Below, one piece after another: positions 1-9,955 of a stretch of DNA of 64,000 bases; the first letter of the stretch is position 1; each line of letters opens with the position of its first letter. The DNA lies in assembly GCA_938074535.1 (NCBI GenBank), contig CALJER010000016.1, forward strand, positions 11,356-75,355, written 5' to 3'. The translations under genes and the position numbers were made by a program. Under the pieces are notes generated by a model, which was not told where the DNA came from, made no database searches, and saw only the letters and a list, made by a program, of their open reading frames with translations. This stretch comes from an uncultured archaeon (lineage in GTDB: Archaea; Hadarchaeota; Hadarchaeia; Hadarchaeales; WYZ-LMO6).

Positions 1-391
1 CCACCTTCACGGGCTTCTTCCTCTCTTCCTCCTCCAGCAGGTGGGGAGGCTTGGAGCCTATCACCCCGTAGACGGATCCCTTTTTTGTCCTGAAGACCAC
101 CCTTTCGTTCAGAAGAGTCTGATCGAACCAGCCCCCCAGCGGAACGAACCTCAGGAAGCCCTTCTCGTCTATGTGCTTCACCATCAGCCCTATCTCGTCC
201 ATGTGGGCGGCCACCATGCAGGAGGGCTCGGATCCCCTCTTCACCCCTATCAGGTTGCCCATGGCATCTTTTCTCATCTCGTCCACGAAGGGCTGGAGTT
301 CCGCCTTCACGAGTTCCGCCACCTCTTCCTCCCTGCCCGAAATCCCTACGGCGTTGGACAGCTTCTCGAGCAGCTCTCCTACCCGGGACAT
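1..391 (-). CDS. M42 (TET) family aminopeptidase, 5' part; runs off window start
   Basis: Manual translation from ATG 391: MSRVGELLEKLSNAVGISGREEEV...DAMGNLIG...AAHMDEIGLMVKHIDEKGFLRFVPLGGWF...GVIGSKPPHLL. These are M42 N-terminal motifs. Not in the ORF track. Confidence 0.9.
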   Translation of the reverse strand, partial: MSRVGELLEKLSNAVGISGREEEVAELVKAELQPFVDEMRKDAMGNLIGVKRGSEPSCMVAAHMDEIGLMVKHIDEKGFLRFVPLGGWFDQTLLNERVVFRTKKGSVYGVIGSKPPHLLEEEERKKPVKV

Positions 392-458
392 CCACCCTCC
401 TTCCCCCACCGGCTCAAAAGCTTTTTCCCCTCGCTGGCCTGGAAAGTGGAGAGCAGAG

Positions 459-1202
459 ATGAAGGTGATCTACAGCGAGCGCTTCCTGACGGTTTACTCC
501 TCCGACCCCGCTTCCGCACCGGGAAGGATGGAGGCCATCGTGAGGGAGCTGCGGGGGCACGAGTTCTTGGAGCCGGAGCCCGCCGGGGAGGAGGATGTCC
601 TTCTGGTCCATACCCCCTCCCACCTGGAGAGGGTGAAGGCCCTCCCTTCGGTCTACCCCGTGGCCCTGCTGGCGGCCGGAGGGGCCATAAAGGCTTCCGA
701 GCTGGCCTGCGGGGGGGAGCCCTCCTTCGCCCTGGTGAGACCCCCAGGCCACCACGCAGGGCCCAGCAGCTTCTGGGGGTTCTGTTACTTCAATAACCTG
801 GCCCTCTCCCTGCAGAGACTGCTCAGCCGGAGAAAGGTGGGGAAAGCGGCGATTCTGGATTTCGACCTCCACTACGGCGACGGCACGGCAGCCATTTTTT
901 CTGGCTCCAAGAGGGCTTCCTATCACCACGCCGAAGGGAGGAGGGAGGAACTACTGGAGGGGATAGCCTCCTTCCTCTCCAGGGAGGACTACGATCTGGT
1001 GGCCGTGTCGGCGGGCTTCGACAATCACGAAGAGGACTGGGGAGGCACCCTCAGCACCTCTGACTACAGGGAGATAGGGAGGATGGTGAAGGAGGGAGCG
1101 GAGGAGAAGTGCGGGGGGAGAAGGTACGGAGTGCTGGAGGGAGGCTACAACCACGCGGTCCTGGGAAGAAACGTCAGAGCCTTTCTGGAGGGATTCGGGT
1201 GA
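459..1202 (+). CDS. Histone deacetylase/acetylpolyamine amidohydrolase family protein
   Basis: RPPGHHA, GFCYFNN, DFDLHYGDGT, SAGFD and EGGY motifs. ATG 459 (MKVIYSE) preferred over the ORF-track start. Confidence 0.92.
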   Translation: MKVIYSERFLTVYSSDPASAPGRMEAIVRELRGHEFLEPEPAGEEDVLLVHTPSHLERVKALPSVYPVALLAAGGAIKASELACGGEPSFALVRPPGHHAGPSSFWGFCYFNNLALSLQRLLSRRKVGKAAILDFDLHYGDGTAAIFSGSKRASYHHAEGRREELLEGIASFLSREDYDLVAVSAGFDNHEEDWGGTLSTSDYREIGRMVKEGAEEKCGGRRYGVLEGGYNHAVLGRNVRAFLEGFG

Positions 1203-2260
1203 GGGAGCTGGAGGAGCTGAGGGGATTCCGCCACGAGGTGGGCCCCATCCGTCCCCCTTCTGAGGGGGGAAGCTGTTCCCTCCTCCTGAGGGTGGTCAGG
1301 AACTGTCCCTGGTCCCTGTGCAAGTTCTGCTACGGTAAGCCCTACGGGAGGGGAAAGTTCTCCCTCCGGACGGTGGAGGAGGTGAAGGAGGAGGTGGAGA
1401 GGATGGGCAGGGTGGTGGAGCTCCTGCGAGAAAAAGGGGAGGAGGTGTGGGGGCTTCTCTCCTCCCTCCCGGGGGAGAGCAGGGGGGCCCTGCACCACCT
1501 CCTCTCCTGGTTCTCCTCGGGCAGCCGGACGGTTTTCCTGCAGGACGCCGACGTCCTCCTCATGCCCACCCCCCGGCTGGCGGAGATACTGGAGGAGGTC
1601 AGGAGGAGGCTGGGGGAGATGGAGAGGATCACCTGCTACGCCAGGGGGCGGTCCCTCTTCCGGAGGTCGGTGGAGGAGCTCAGGAGGCTCAGGGAGGCAG
1701 GGCTCTCCAGGCTGCATGTGGGTCTGGAGAGCGGGGACCAGGAGGTGCTGGAGAGGATGAACAAAGGGCTGACTCCCCAGGAGGTGGTGGAGGGTGGGAG
1801 AAAAGCCAGGGAGGCAGGGCTGGAGCTCTCCCTCTACTACATCCTGGGCCTCGGAGGGGAGGAAAGGTGGGAGGCGCACGCCAGAAACACGGCTAGGGTC
1901 CTCAACGAGGTGGACCCGGAGTTCGTGAGGGTGAGGCGTCTGGTTCCTCTGAAGGGTACTCCCCTCTTCCGGGAGTGGAGGGAAGGGAGCTTCAGGCTCC
2001 AGAGCCCCCACGCTGAGCTGAGGGAGCTGAGGCTGCTGGTGGAGGAGCTGGAGTTCTCGGGGAGACTGTGCTTCGACCACTTCGCCAACCCCTTCTACCT
2101 CACGCCCGGGGGTCCCAGGTGGGTGTTCGACCGGGGGTATGGGGGCTACCGGTTTCCCAGCGAGAGGGAGGAGGTCCTGAAAAGGATAGAGGAGGGACTG
2201 GAAAGGGAGGAGGCCCTCTACGTCAGCTCGGCGAGCCTCTCCGTGCTGGAAACCCTTTGA
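1199..2260 (+). CDS. Radical SAM protein (IRPPSE...Cx4Cx2C type), function unknown
   Basis: GPIRPPSE...NCPWSLCKFC, FLQDAD, HVGLESG. GTGA overlap with the HDAC stop. Confidence 0.85.
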   Translation: MRELEELRGFRHEVGPIRPPSEGGSCSLLLRVVRNCPWSLCKFCYGKPYGRGKFSLRTVEEVKEEVERMGRVVELLREKGEEVWGLLSSLPGESRGALHHLLSWFSSGSRTVFLQDADVLLMPTPRLAEILEEVRRRLGEMERITCYARGRSLFRRSVEELRRLREAGLSRLHVGLESGDQEVLERMNKGLTPQEVVEGGRKAREAGLELSLYYILGLGGEERWEAHARNTARVLNEVDPEFVRVRRLVPLKGTPLFREWREGSFRLQSPHAELRELRLLVEELEFSGRLCFDHFANPFYLTPGGPRWVFDRGYGGYRFPSEREEVLKRIEEGLEREEALYVSSASLSVLETL

Positions 2261-2263
2261 GCC

Positions 2264-2443
2264 TCATTCGGGGAAGGTGATGGCGCCGGTGGTGCAGACG
2301 GCCTCGCAGGCCCTGCAGTCCACGCAGTCCTCGGCCTTTACCACCTTGGCCTTTTTGTTGTTCACTTCCAGCACGCTCACGGGGCAGGCGTTGACGCACT
2401 CCCCGCAGCCCGTGCATTTTTCGGTGTCTATCTTAGGCGGCAT
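2264..2443 (-). CDS. 2[4Fe-4S] ferredoxin (59 aa)
   Basis: Manual translation MPPKIDTEKCTGCGECVNACPVSVLEVNNKKAKVVKAEDCVDCRACEAVCTTGAITFPE*. Two CxxCxxCxxxC motifs. TATA-like TTTAAATA about 22-30 nt upstream. Missed by the ORF track. Confidence 0.93.
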   Translation of the reverse strand: MPPKIDTEKCTGCGECVNACPVSVLEVNNKKAKVVKAEDCVDCRACEAVCTTGAITFPE

Positions 2444-2483
2444 CTTTTTTCGTAACTCCCGGTGTATTTAAACCTTATCCGGG

Positions 2484-4397
2484 TCAGACACCCGCCAGGG
2501 AGAGGAGCCGGTACATCACTCCTCCCAGCCACAGCGCGAAGAGGACCTCCGCGGCCGCGATGTAGAGGGACCTCTTCCAGCCCACTTCCCTGACCAGCGC
2601 AGCCAGCGTGGCCACGCAGGGGAAGTAGAACACGGTCACGGTGGCGAAGGTGATCATCTGGGCGTGGGTGAGGTGGAGGGAGAGGTCCGGGCCCAGGAGC
2701 AGGGTGAGCATGATGAGGGTGAGTTCCTTCCTCAGCAGGCCGAAGAGCAGGGTCACTCCGGCCACCGCGGGCAGGCCCAGCCAGCCCACGGTGAGGGGGC
2801 TCAGGAGGTCGGAGAGGGGGTCCAGGAGGCCGCCCGCCCTCAGGGCCGTGAGAACCAGGCTCCCCCCCAGGATGAAGGGGAGGGCCACGTAAAAGAAGTC
2901 CTTGGTCCTGTTCCAGCTCTGCCGGAGCACGGTGGGAAGATGGGGCCTGCGGTAGGGCGGAATCTCCATGATCAGCCCCACGGGCTCCCCGGGCATGATT
3001 TTGAAGGCCAGCCTGCCGAGCAGGAAGATTGCCGCCAGGTCCAGCAGGTAGAGGCCGAGGGCCCAGCCCATACCCACGAACCTCCCCACCAGTCCCAGGA
3101 TCACCACCGTCCTGGCCGCGCAGGGCACGAGGGTGGAGAGGAAGACGGAGAGGACTCTTTCCCTCTCCGTTTCCATGATCCTGCAGCCCAGGCAGGCCGG
3201 GACGTTGCACCCGTAGCCCAGCAGGAGGGGGATGAAGGCCTTCCCGTGCACCCCCAACCTGTGCATGAGCCCGTCCATGAGGAAGGCGCCCCTGGCCAGG
3301 TATCCGGAGTCCTCCAGCAGGGTGAGGAGCACGTAAAAGGGAAGGACGAAGGGCAGGACTATGGTAAGACCAGCGAGCAGCCCCCCCACCACCCCCTCTC
3401 CCGCCAGGCTCCCCAGCCTTTCTGAGGTCCCCTTTACCAGGGGCTCCGTGAGCCCCTCCAGCACCCCCTCCACCCTCCCCCCTACCCAGAAGACCGTCAG
3501 GAGAAGGGAGAGGAGCAAGCCCGCCAGCAGGGGATAGCCCAGCAGGGGGTGGGTGGTCAGGGCATCCAGCCTTTCGGTTCGGGCGGGTCTTGGATGGATC
3601 CTCTGGCTCCGGCTCGCTATCCTGTGGGCCAGGCTGTACCTGCAGGAAGTGAGGAGGGTGGAGGCCTTCTCCCCATAGAGCCCCTCCAGCTCCCGTGAGT
3701 ACTTCCCCGCCAGTTCGACCGCCCTGGGTGAAACCCTGCCCACGAGCCTCTTGACTTCTTCGTCACCCTCCAGGAGCTTCAGGGCCAGCCATCTGGGAGG
3801 ATACCCGGTCCCCGCCTTCTCCAGCAGGGGGAGAAGGGAACGCACCCTCCTCTCGATTTCCCTCCCGTAGGAGAACCTGTGTGGCCTGATCCTCCTCCTG
3901 CCTTCCGCCACCTCCACGGCCCTCTCCAGCAGGGAGTGTATTCCCCTCCCCCTCACGGCCACGGTGGGCACCACGGGAACCCCGAGCTCCCTCTCCAGCC
4001 TCTTGGGATCCACCCTCACGCCCTTCCTCTCCGCCACATCCACCTGGTTGAGGGCCACCACCACTTTGGGCTCCAGCTCCAGCAGCTGGAGGGTGAAGAA
4101 GAGGTTTCTCTCCAGAGAGGAGGCGTCCACTACGTTGATCACCACATCCGGTTTCTCTCCGGCGATGTACTCCCTGGAGATTTTTTCCTCGAGGGAGAAA
4201 GTGGAAAGGGAGTAGATACCGGGGAGGTCGATCACATCCACCACCCTTCCCCTGAAATACAGGGTCCCCTCCGCCTTCTCCACGGTCTTCCCGGGCCAGT
4301 TGCCCACGTGCTGGTGGAGGCCGGTGAAGTGATTGAAGATCACCGATTTCCCCACATTGGCGTTGCCGGCCAGAGCTACTCTGATCTTGGCCTTCAT
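2484..4397 (-). CDS. feoB: Ferrous iron transporter FeoB
   Basis: [19 protein letters not shown]-domain motifs plus membrane domain with GYGCNVPA and YFPC. Confidence 0.96.
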   Translation of the reverse strand: MKAKIRVALAGNANVGKSVIFNHFTGLHQHVGNWPGKTVEKAEGTLYFRGRVVDVIDLPGIYSLSTFSLEEKISREYIAGEKPDVVINVVDASSLERNLFFTLQLLELEPKVVVALNQVDVAERKGVRVDPKRLERELGVPVVPTVAVRGRGIHSLLERAVEVAEGRRRIRPHRFSYGREIERRVRSLLPLLEKAGTGYPPRWLALKLLEGDEEVKRLVGRVSPRAVELAGKYSRELEGLYGEKASTLLTSCRYSLAHRIASRSQRIHPRPARTERLDALTTHPLLGYPLLAGLLLSLLLTVFWVGGRVEGVLEGLTEPLVKGTSERLGSLAGEGVVGGLLAGLTIVLPFVLPFYVLLTLLEDSGYLARGAFLMDGLMHRLGVHGKAFIPLLLGYGCNVPACLGCRIMETERERVLSVFLSTLVPCAARTVVILGLVGRFVGMGWALGLYLLDLAAIFLLGRLAFKIMPGEPVGLIMEIPPYRRPHLPTVLRQSWNRTKDFFYVALPFILGGSLVLTALRAGGLLDPLSDLLSPLTVGWLGLPAVAGVTLLFGLLRKELTLIMLTLLLGPDLSLHLTHAQMITFATVTVFYFPCVATLAALVREVGWKRSLYIAAAEVLFALWLGGVMYRLLSLAGV

Positions 4398-4401
4398 CCC
4401 T

Positions 4402-5019
4402 TCACCCGACGGGTTTCACGAAAACCTTGGAAGCCAGCCCCCTGCCCACCGCCAGGGTCGTGCCCCTCACCCTCAGCATCAGGGGTCCTCTGAACAGGGC
4501 GGACTTCAGGACCTCCACCTCAGTCCCGGGGGTGAGCCCCATGTCGGCCAGTCTGCGGCAGGCGGAGGTGCCACCCGAAAGGGAGGAGATCAACCCCTTT
4601 TGGCCCTCCAGCAGGCCCGTGAGAGGGAGGGAGCCTGGAGGCAGTCCCTGGGGCAGCTTCTGGGCCTCCATCCGCCGGTGGATGGCGGTCTCCACCTCTT
4701 CCGGGATGTGGTGCTCCAGTTCGCAGGCCTTCCGGTGGGCCCTGGAGGGTGGGAGGCCCAGGCTGCTGAGGAACCTCTCCATCACCCTGTGTTTCCGGAG
4801 GACGCCCCTCCCCACCTCCTCCCCCCTCCTGGTGAGGGTAACCCCTCTGTAGGGGTGGCGGCGGAGGTAGCCCCTCCTGGCCAGCTTTTTGAGCATGAGG
4901 GTGGCGCTGGAAGGGGCCACCCCCAGCTCCCTGGCCACCCTCGTGGTGGTGGTCCTTTCCCCCCTCTCCTTCAGGCGGTAGAGGGCCTCCAGGTATTCCT
5001 CCGAGCTTTCGTTGGTCAT
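4402..5019 (-). CDS. DtxR/MntR-family metal-dependent repressor with C-terminal FeoA domain
   Basis: EEYLEALY wHTH, RKHRVMERFL, ACELEHHI, then FeoA-like RRLADMGLTPG. Confidence 0.92.
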   Translation of the reverse strand: MTNESSEEYLEALYRLKERGERTTTTRVARELGVAPSSATLMLKKLARRGYLRRHPYRGVTLTRRGEEVGRGVLRKHRVMERFLSSLGLPPSRAHRKACELEHHIPEEVETAIHRRMEAQKLPQGLPPGSLPLTGLLEGQKGLISSLSGGTSACRRLADMGLTPGTEVEVLKSALFRGPLMLRVRGTTLAVGRGLASKVFVKPVG

Positions 5020-5024
5020 TCCTG

Positions 5025-5044
5025 AATTTAGGCGTGCCTAAATT
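5025..5044. promoter_or_regulatory. Perfect inverted repeat AATTTAGGC-GT-GCCTAAATT, putative DtxR-family operator
   Basis: 9-bp arms with 2-bp spacer, 5 bp upstream of the dtxR ATG and abutting the TTTAAA TATA box (5043-5048). Resembles TTAGG-N4-CCTAA DtxR/MntR boxes. Confidence 0.8.
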
Positions 5045-5175
5045 TAAAGGACGAGGAAAACCTGGGAGCATCCTGGGTGAACACAAGGGATAACCCTTAA
5101 CGTGTTTTAATTTCAGTAACGCTTATACCCCCTTCCTGCCACTTCTCCTGATGAAAGGGGGTGGAGGGAGCAAGG

Positions 5176-6426
5176 ATGAGGATGCTCTACTTCTCCTTTG
5201 AGTATCCCCCCTTCTTCGTGGGTGGGCTCGGCACCTACGCCTACGAAATGGCCAGGCGCTTCGCCAGGAGGGGACACAGCGTGACGGTTTTCGCGAAGAA
5301 CCCGGGCAACGTGCCCACCTCCGACCTGGAGGAGGGCGTGGAGGTACACAGGCCCATGACGGTGGACGCTACGGACATCCTCCCCCTCATCGTTCCCGAG
5401 GACGTGAAGCGCTGGCCGTCCCATGCCCAGCAGTACTTCGCCGATGCCTTCATCTACAACGTGCTTTCCTCCACCAAAGCCTGCAACCAGCTGGTGAAGG
5501 CGGACCAGAGGCAGTTTGACCTGATCGTGGCCCACGACTGGATTTCGGGGATAGCGGGGATCACCTGCAAGAAGGATCTGAAGAGGCCCTTCGTCTTCCA
5601 CCTCCACTCGGTGGAGGAAGGGAGGGTGGGTGACGGCTCACCCACCGTCAAAAGCTTGGAAAGGCTGGCGGCCAGAACGGCCGAGGCGGTCGTGACGGTG
5701 AGCTACAGCATGAGGGACCAGCTGATTTCCCTGGGGTACGAGGAGAGAAAAATAAGGGTGATCTACAACGGTGTGGACGAGAAGAAGTACGATCCCTCGG
5801 CAGTGAAGGAGGAGGAGGTGCTCGGGCTGAGGGAGAGGCTGGGGGTGGGCACCGACCCCATGATCCTCTTCGTGGGGAGGCTCTCCTGGGTGAAGGGGGC
5901 GGACACCCTGGTGAGGGCCATGCCCCTCATCTTGGCGGAGGTTCCCAACGCCAAGCTGGTTCTGCTGGGGAAGGGGGAGCAGGAGAAGATGCTCAGGGAC
6001 CTGATCAGGCAGCTGGGGGTGGAGAAGAGCGTGGTGGCCGAGTTTCAGTACGTGAGCGAGCGGGAAAGGATTCTGCACTACGCGGCCGCCGACGTGGCGG
6101 TCTTTCCCTCCAAGTACGAGCCCTTCGGAATCGTGGCCACGGAGGCCATGAGCATGGGGAAGCCTGTGGTGGTGGGGGCCAAGGGGATCTCTGGCTTCAG
6201 GGAGCAGGTGATCCACCAAGGACCCGAGAGGTGCGGGGCGCACGTGAACCCGGAGGATCCCTATGACATCGCCAAGTTCACGGTGGAGCTCCTCAAGGAC
6301 GAGAAGCTCAGGAGGGAACTGGGGAGGAACGCCAGGAAGCGCGTGCTGGAGAAGTTCACTTTTGACCAGGTGGCGGACAACACCCTGAAGCTCTACGAGG
6401 CGGTCCTCCAGAACCACTTCCAATGA
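5176..6426 (+). CDS. GT4 family glycosyltransferase (glycogen synthase-like)
   Basis: EYPP..VGGLG, AHDW, YEPFGIVATEAM. Confidence 0.9.
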   Translation: MRMLYFSFEYPPFFVGGLGTYAYEMARRFARRGHSVTVFAKNPGNVPTSDLEEGVEVHRPMTVDATDILPLIVPEDVKRWPSHAQQYFADAFIYNVLSSTKACNQLVKADQRQFDLIVAHDWISGIAGITCKKDLKRPFVFHLHSVEEGRVGDGSPTVKSLERLAARTAEAVVTVSYSMRDQLISLGYEERKIRVIYNGVDEKKYDPSAVKEEEVLGLRERLGVGTDPMILFVGRLSWVKGADTLVRAMPLILAEVPNAKLVLLGKGEQEKMLRDLIRQLGVEKSVVAEFQYVSERERILHYAAADVAVFPSKYEPFGIVATEAMSMGKPVVVGAKGISGFREQVIHQGPERCGAHVNPEDPYDIAKFTVELLKDEKLRRELGRNARKRVLEKFTFDQVADNTLKLYEAVLQNHFQ

Positions 6427-6469
6427 CCCGCACCTATTTTTGAGGGGCTTCCCAGAGGTGAGGAGGGAT

Positions 6470-7630
6470 ATGAGAATAGCGATGCTCGCCTGGGAGTCCC
6501 TGCACTCCATCTGGATAGGAGGGCTGGGAGTGGTGGTGAGCAAGCTCTCGGCGGAGCTCCACGAGAAGGGCCACGAGGTGCACCTCTTCACCCGATGGGT
6601 GGAGGGGCAGGAGGAGCACGAGGTGCTGGACGGAGTTTACTACCACCGCTGCAAGTTCGATCCAGGTTTCGACCTCTTCTCCCTCACCCGGAACATGTCC
6701 CACGCCATGGTGGCTTCCATGAAGTGGGCGGAGGGGAGGGGGGGGAGGTTCGACCTGGTGCACGGTCACGACTGGCACGTGGTGGAGGCCCTCCACCTCC
6801 TAAGGCAGGAGGGGAGGCGTTTGGTCTTCACCTATCACTCCACCGAGTACGGCAGGAACGGGAACAGGTTCGGGGACTGGTGGGAGTTCAGGGAGATCTC
6901 GGGGAAGGAATGGTACGGGGGCTACCTGGCGGACATGGTGACCACGGTCTCGAACTACATGAGGAAGGAGATATGCTGGCTGTACCGCCTCCCCGAGCAG
7001 AAGGTGGAGGTGGTCCCCAACGCCGTGGACGCTGAGGAGTTCAGGATGGAGGTGGACCCGGACAAGGTCAGGAAGGAGTACGGCCTCTCCGGGGGTCCCC
7101 TGGTGCTCTTCCCAGGCCGCTTGGAGTACCAGAAGGGTCCCGACCTCCTGGTGGAGGCCATTCCCAGGGTGCTGGAGAGGAGGGGGGAGGCGAGGTTCGT
7201 GTTCACGGGCGCCGGCAGCATGAAGGAGGGGCTGGAGCGGAGGGTGAGGGAGCTTGGGATAGGGCACGCCGTCAGGTTCGCGGGTTTTCTGCCTCTGCGG
7301 AAGTACATCGAGCTCCTGAACGCCTGCGATGTGGTGTGCATCCCCAGCCGGAACGAGCCCTTTGGCATCGTCCTGCTGGAGGCCTGGGCGGCGGGGAAGC
7401 CCGTGGTGGCGACGGAGGTGGGTGGGCTCAGCGAGAACATGGAAAACCTCGTGGAGGGGGTGAAGGTGCAGACCCAGCCGGAGTCGATAGCCTGGGGCAT
7501 CAACTACCTGCTGGATTCCCCCTCGGAGAGGGAGAGAATGGTGAGGAACGCGCGGGAGAAGGTAAAAGGCTTTAGCTGGAAAAGGTCCGCCGAGAAGCTC
7601 CTGAGCGTGTACCGGAGGCTGCTGGACTGA
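6470..7630 (+). CDS. GT4 family glycosyltransferase
   Basis: WES...IGGLG, HGHDW, NEPFGIVLLEAW. ATG 6470 follows a GAGGTGA SD. Confidence 0.9.
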   Translation: MRIAMLAWESLHSIWIGGLGVVVSKLSAELHEKGHEVHLFTRWVEGQEEHEVLDGVYYHRCKFDPGFDLFSLTRNMSHAMVASMKWAEGRGGRFDLVHGHDWHVVEALHLLRQEGRRLVFTYHSTEYGRNGNRFGDWWEFREISGKEWYGGYLADMVTTVSNYMRKEICWLYRLPEQKVEVVPNAVDAEEFRMEVDPDKVRKEYGLSGGPLVLFPGRLEYQKGPDLLVEAIPRVLERRGEARFVFTGAGSMKEGLERRVRELGIGHAVRFAGFLPLRKYIELLNACDVVCIPSRNEPFGIVLLEAWAAGKPVVATEVGGLSENMENLVEGVKVQTQPESIAWGINYLLDSPSERERMVRNAREKVKGFSWKRSAEKLLSVYRRLLD

Positions 7631-7633
7631 GCC

Positions 7634-8281
7634 TCAGAAAAAGTGTCCCTTTACGAACTCGAAGTTCCTCCTTATTCTCTCTTCCCCCCTCAGCACGTTG
7701 CCGTGGCCAGGCAGGAGGTACTGGAGGTGGAGGTCGGAAATCCTCTCCAGGGAAGCCAGCAGCTCCTCCGAGCTCCCGCCTGGGAAGTCCGTCCTCCCCA
7801 CCCCACCCTCGAACACCAAATCCCCGCAGAGGAGGAGTCTAAGCCCGGCGTGGTAAAGGCTCACGCTTCCGGGGGAGTGGCCTGGGGTGTGCAGGACCAG
7901 CAGCTCCGTCTCCCCCCCACCCACCTTCTCCCCAAGGTAGGCGTCCACCTCGAACCTCGGCACTTCCATCCCAAAGTACCTCCCGAACTCCAGGCTGAAC
8001 CTGAGGTGGTCCCCCTCCCCTCTGTGAATCATGATTTTGGCGCCGGAGAGTTCCTGGAGGGGGCGGTTGGCACCGCAGTGGTCAGGATGGCTGTGGGTGT
8101 TGACTATTATCTCTATCCCTTCCGGCTCCAAGCCGTCTTTCTTCATCTCCCTCAGGCGCCCCTCCAGGTATCTGGGGCTGCCCGGGTCCACTAGGATGGT
8201 CGGATCCCCCTCCACCACGTACATGTTGCAGTCCCCCAGGCCCCTCTCCGGGTACCAGTACACGTTCCTGACCAGCCTCAG
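7634..8281 (-). CDS. Metallo-beta-lactamase fold hydrolase (glyoxalase II-like); probable CTG start at 8281
   Basis: THSHPDH, HTPGHSPG, GD and PGHG motifs. First canonical start is GTG 8263; CTG 8281 lies 4 nt after GGGGTGA. Confidence 0.85.
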   Translation of the reverse strand: MRLVRNVYWYPERGLGDCNMYVVEGDPTILVDPGSPRYLEGRLREMKKDGLEPEGIEIIVNTHSHPDHCGANRPLQELSGAKIMIHRGEGDHLRFSLEFGRYFGMEVPRFEVDAYLGEKVGGGETELLVLHTPGHSPGSVSLYHAGLRLLLCGDLVFEGGVGRTDFPGGSSEELLASLERISDLHLQYLLPGHGNVLRGEERIRRNFEFVKGHFF

Positions 8282-8285
8282 CCTC

Positions 8286-8699
8286 TCACCCCAGCAGACC
8301 CTCCTGTTTCAGGATCCGGAAGGTGGTCCTGGTGAGCTCCGCCTCCCCCAGCTCCCCTTTCCCGAACCACCTCGCCTCCAGCACCTCCTTCCCCCTCCTC
8401 ACCCCCCTGGAGAGGGGTTCCCCCCCGAAGCACACGGTCACGTAGTGGTACCTCAGGCGCCCCCTTCCATCCCTCTCCAGGAGGTCGTAAACCCCCACCA
8501 GCCTCTTTAGCCTCACCTTCACTCCCGTTTCCTCGTTCACTTCCCTCTTCGCCGCCCTCCACACCTCCTCTCCGGGCTCCACCAGGCCTCCGGGCAGGGC
8601 CCACTTCCCCCTCTCCGGTTCGGTCCCCCTTCTCACCAGCAGCACCTTCCCACCCCTTTCCACCAGCACCGAGGCCCCCAGCCTGGGAAAGCCCTTCAT
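8286..8699 (-). CDS. Nudix hydrolase (ADP-ribose pyrophosphatase-like)
   Basis: Nudix box PGGLVEPGEEVWRAAKREVNEETG. ATGA overlap with the cooC stop. Confidence 0.9.
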   Translation of the reverse strand: MKGFPRLGASVLVERGGKVLLVRRGTEPERGKWALPGGLVEPGEEVWRAAKREVNEETGVKVRLKRLVGVYDLLERDGRGRLRYHYVTVCFGGEPLSRGVRRGKEVLEARWFGKGELGEAELTRTTFRILKQEGLLG

Positions 8700-9481
8700 G
8701 CGGCCTTCTCCTCCAGCACCCTGCTCAGTTCCACCATCTTCGAGAAGAACTCCTTCCCCTCCTCCAGGTCGAAGACGGACTTTCCCAGCAGCTCCGCCTT
8801 CACCACGGCCTCCTCGTGGGGGAGGACGGCCAGCACGGGCGTGCCCCCCTCCTCCAGTTTCTTCACCACCTCCTCGCCCCCCTCCCTGAACTTGTTCACC
8901 ACCGAGAAAATCCTGGTTATCCCCAGGTCCGCACCCAGCTTCTTGATTTGCTTTGCCGCCTCCAGGGACTTGAGACTGGGCTCCACCACCACGAGCACCA
9001 CCTCGGCCGTCCTGGTGGTCCCCCTCCCCAGGTGCTCCACCCCCGCCTCCATGTCCAGAATCAGGACCTCCGCGAACCCGGAGAGGTAATCCACCAGCCT
9101 CCTGGCTAGGGCGTTGGCGGGGCAGAAGCATCCCTGTCCCCCCCTTCGGATCTTCCCCACCACCAGGAGCCTCACCCCGTCCCTGCACCTGATGCCGAAG
9201 CGCTCCACTAGGTCATCCACCTTGGGGTTGAGCTTGAAGACCAGTCCGTACCCCTCCGGGGGGGCTCCGGTTCTCTCCTGGATGAGGGAGGACCTTTCCA
9301 TGAGGGGAAGGAGCTTCTCTTCCGGCACTTCTCCCTCCGCCCCCAGCGTGAGGAGGAGGTTGGGGGAGGGATCCACGTCCAGGGCCACCACCCTCTTCCC
9401 CCTCCTTCCGAAGGCCCTGGCCAGCCCTGCCGCCAGGGTGGTCTTTCCCACCCCGCCTTTCCCCGTCACCGCTATCTTCAA
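8696..9481 (-). CDS. cooC: CooC/AcsF-type nickel-insertion ATPase
   Basis: GKGGVGKTT, FKLNPKVDD, GCFCP (CxC Ni site), DMEAGVEHLGRGT. Confidence 0.88.
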   Translation of the reverse strand: MKIAVTGKGGVGKTTLAAGLARAFGRRGKRVVALDVDPSPNLLLTLGAEGEVPEEKLLPLMERSSLIQERTGAPPEGYGLVFKLNPKVDDLVERFGIRCRDGVRLLVVGKIRRGGQGCFCPANALARRLVDYLSGFAEVLILDMEAGVEHLGRGTTRTAEVVLVVVEPSLKSLEAAKQIKKLGADLGITRIFSVVNKFREGGEEVVKKLEEGGTPVLAVLPHEEAVVKAELLGKSVFDLEEGKEFFSKMVELSRVLEEKAA

Positions 9482-9542
9482 GTTCCCGCCTCTACTGAGA
9501 AAACTCGATAAGGTTAAAGTCCTCTCGGTTTAAGGGTTGGGG

Positions 9543-9953
9543 ATGGGGGAAAAGATCGCCAGGATAAGCATCACCCTCCCAGAGGAGCTCCTGCGTGAGC
9601 TGGACCGCTCTCTTAAGTCACAGGACTACGCCAGCCGCTCCGAGGCCATCAGGGACGCCGTCAGGGACTTCCTGGCGAACTACAAGTGGCGCAGCGAGCT
9701 GGAAGGCGAGTTCCTGGGAGTGGTGGTGATGGTCTACGATCACGAGGTGAGGGGCCTGACGGAGGAGATTCTGGAGATACAGCACAGGAGCGAGGGGATC
9801 ATCCGTTCCTCCCAGCACCTCCACCTGGACGAAAGGAACTGCATGGAGACCCTGCTGGTAAAGGGGACGGCGGAAGAGATCAGGAAGCTAGCGGACAGGC
9901 TCGGGGCCCTGCGCGGGGTCAAGCAGGTGAAGCTCGTGGTGGCGGGCACCTGA
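9543..9953 (+). CDS. nikR: Nickel-responsive regulator NikR
   Basis: RHH domain ISITLP...SRSEAIRDA, YDH, QH, HLHLDERNCME. Confidence 0.94.
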   Translation: MGEKIARISITLPEELLRELDRSLKSQDYASRSEAIRDAVRDFLANYKWRSELEGEFLGVVVMVYDHEVRGLTEEILEIQHRSEGIIRSSQHLHLDERNCMETLLVKGTAEEIRKLADRLGALRGVKQVKLVVAGT

Positions 9954-9955
9954 AG

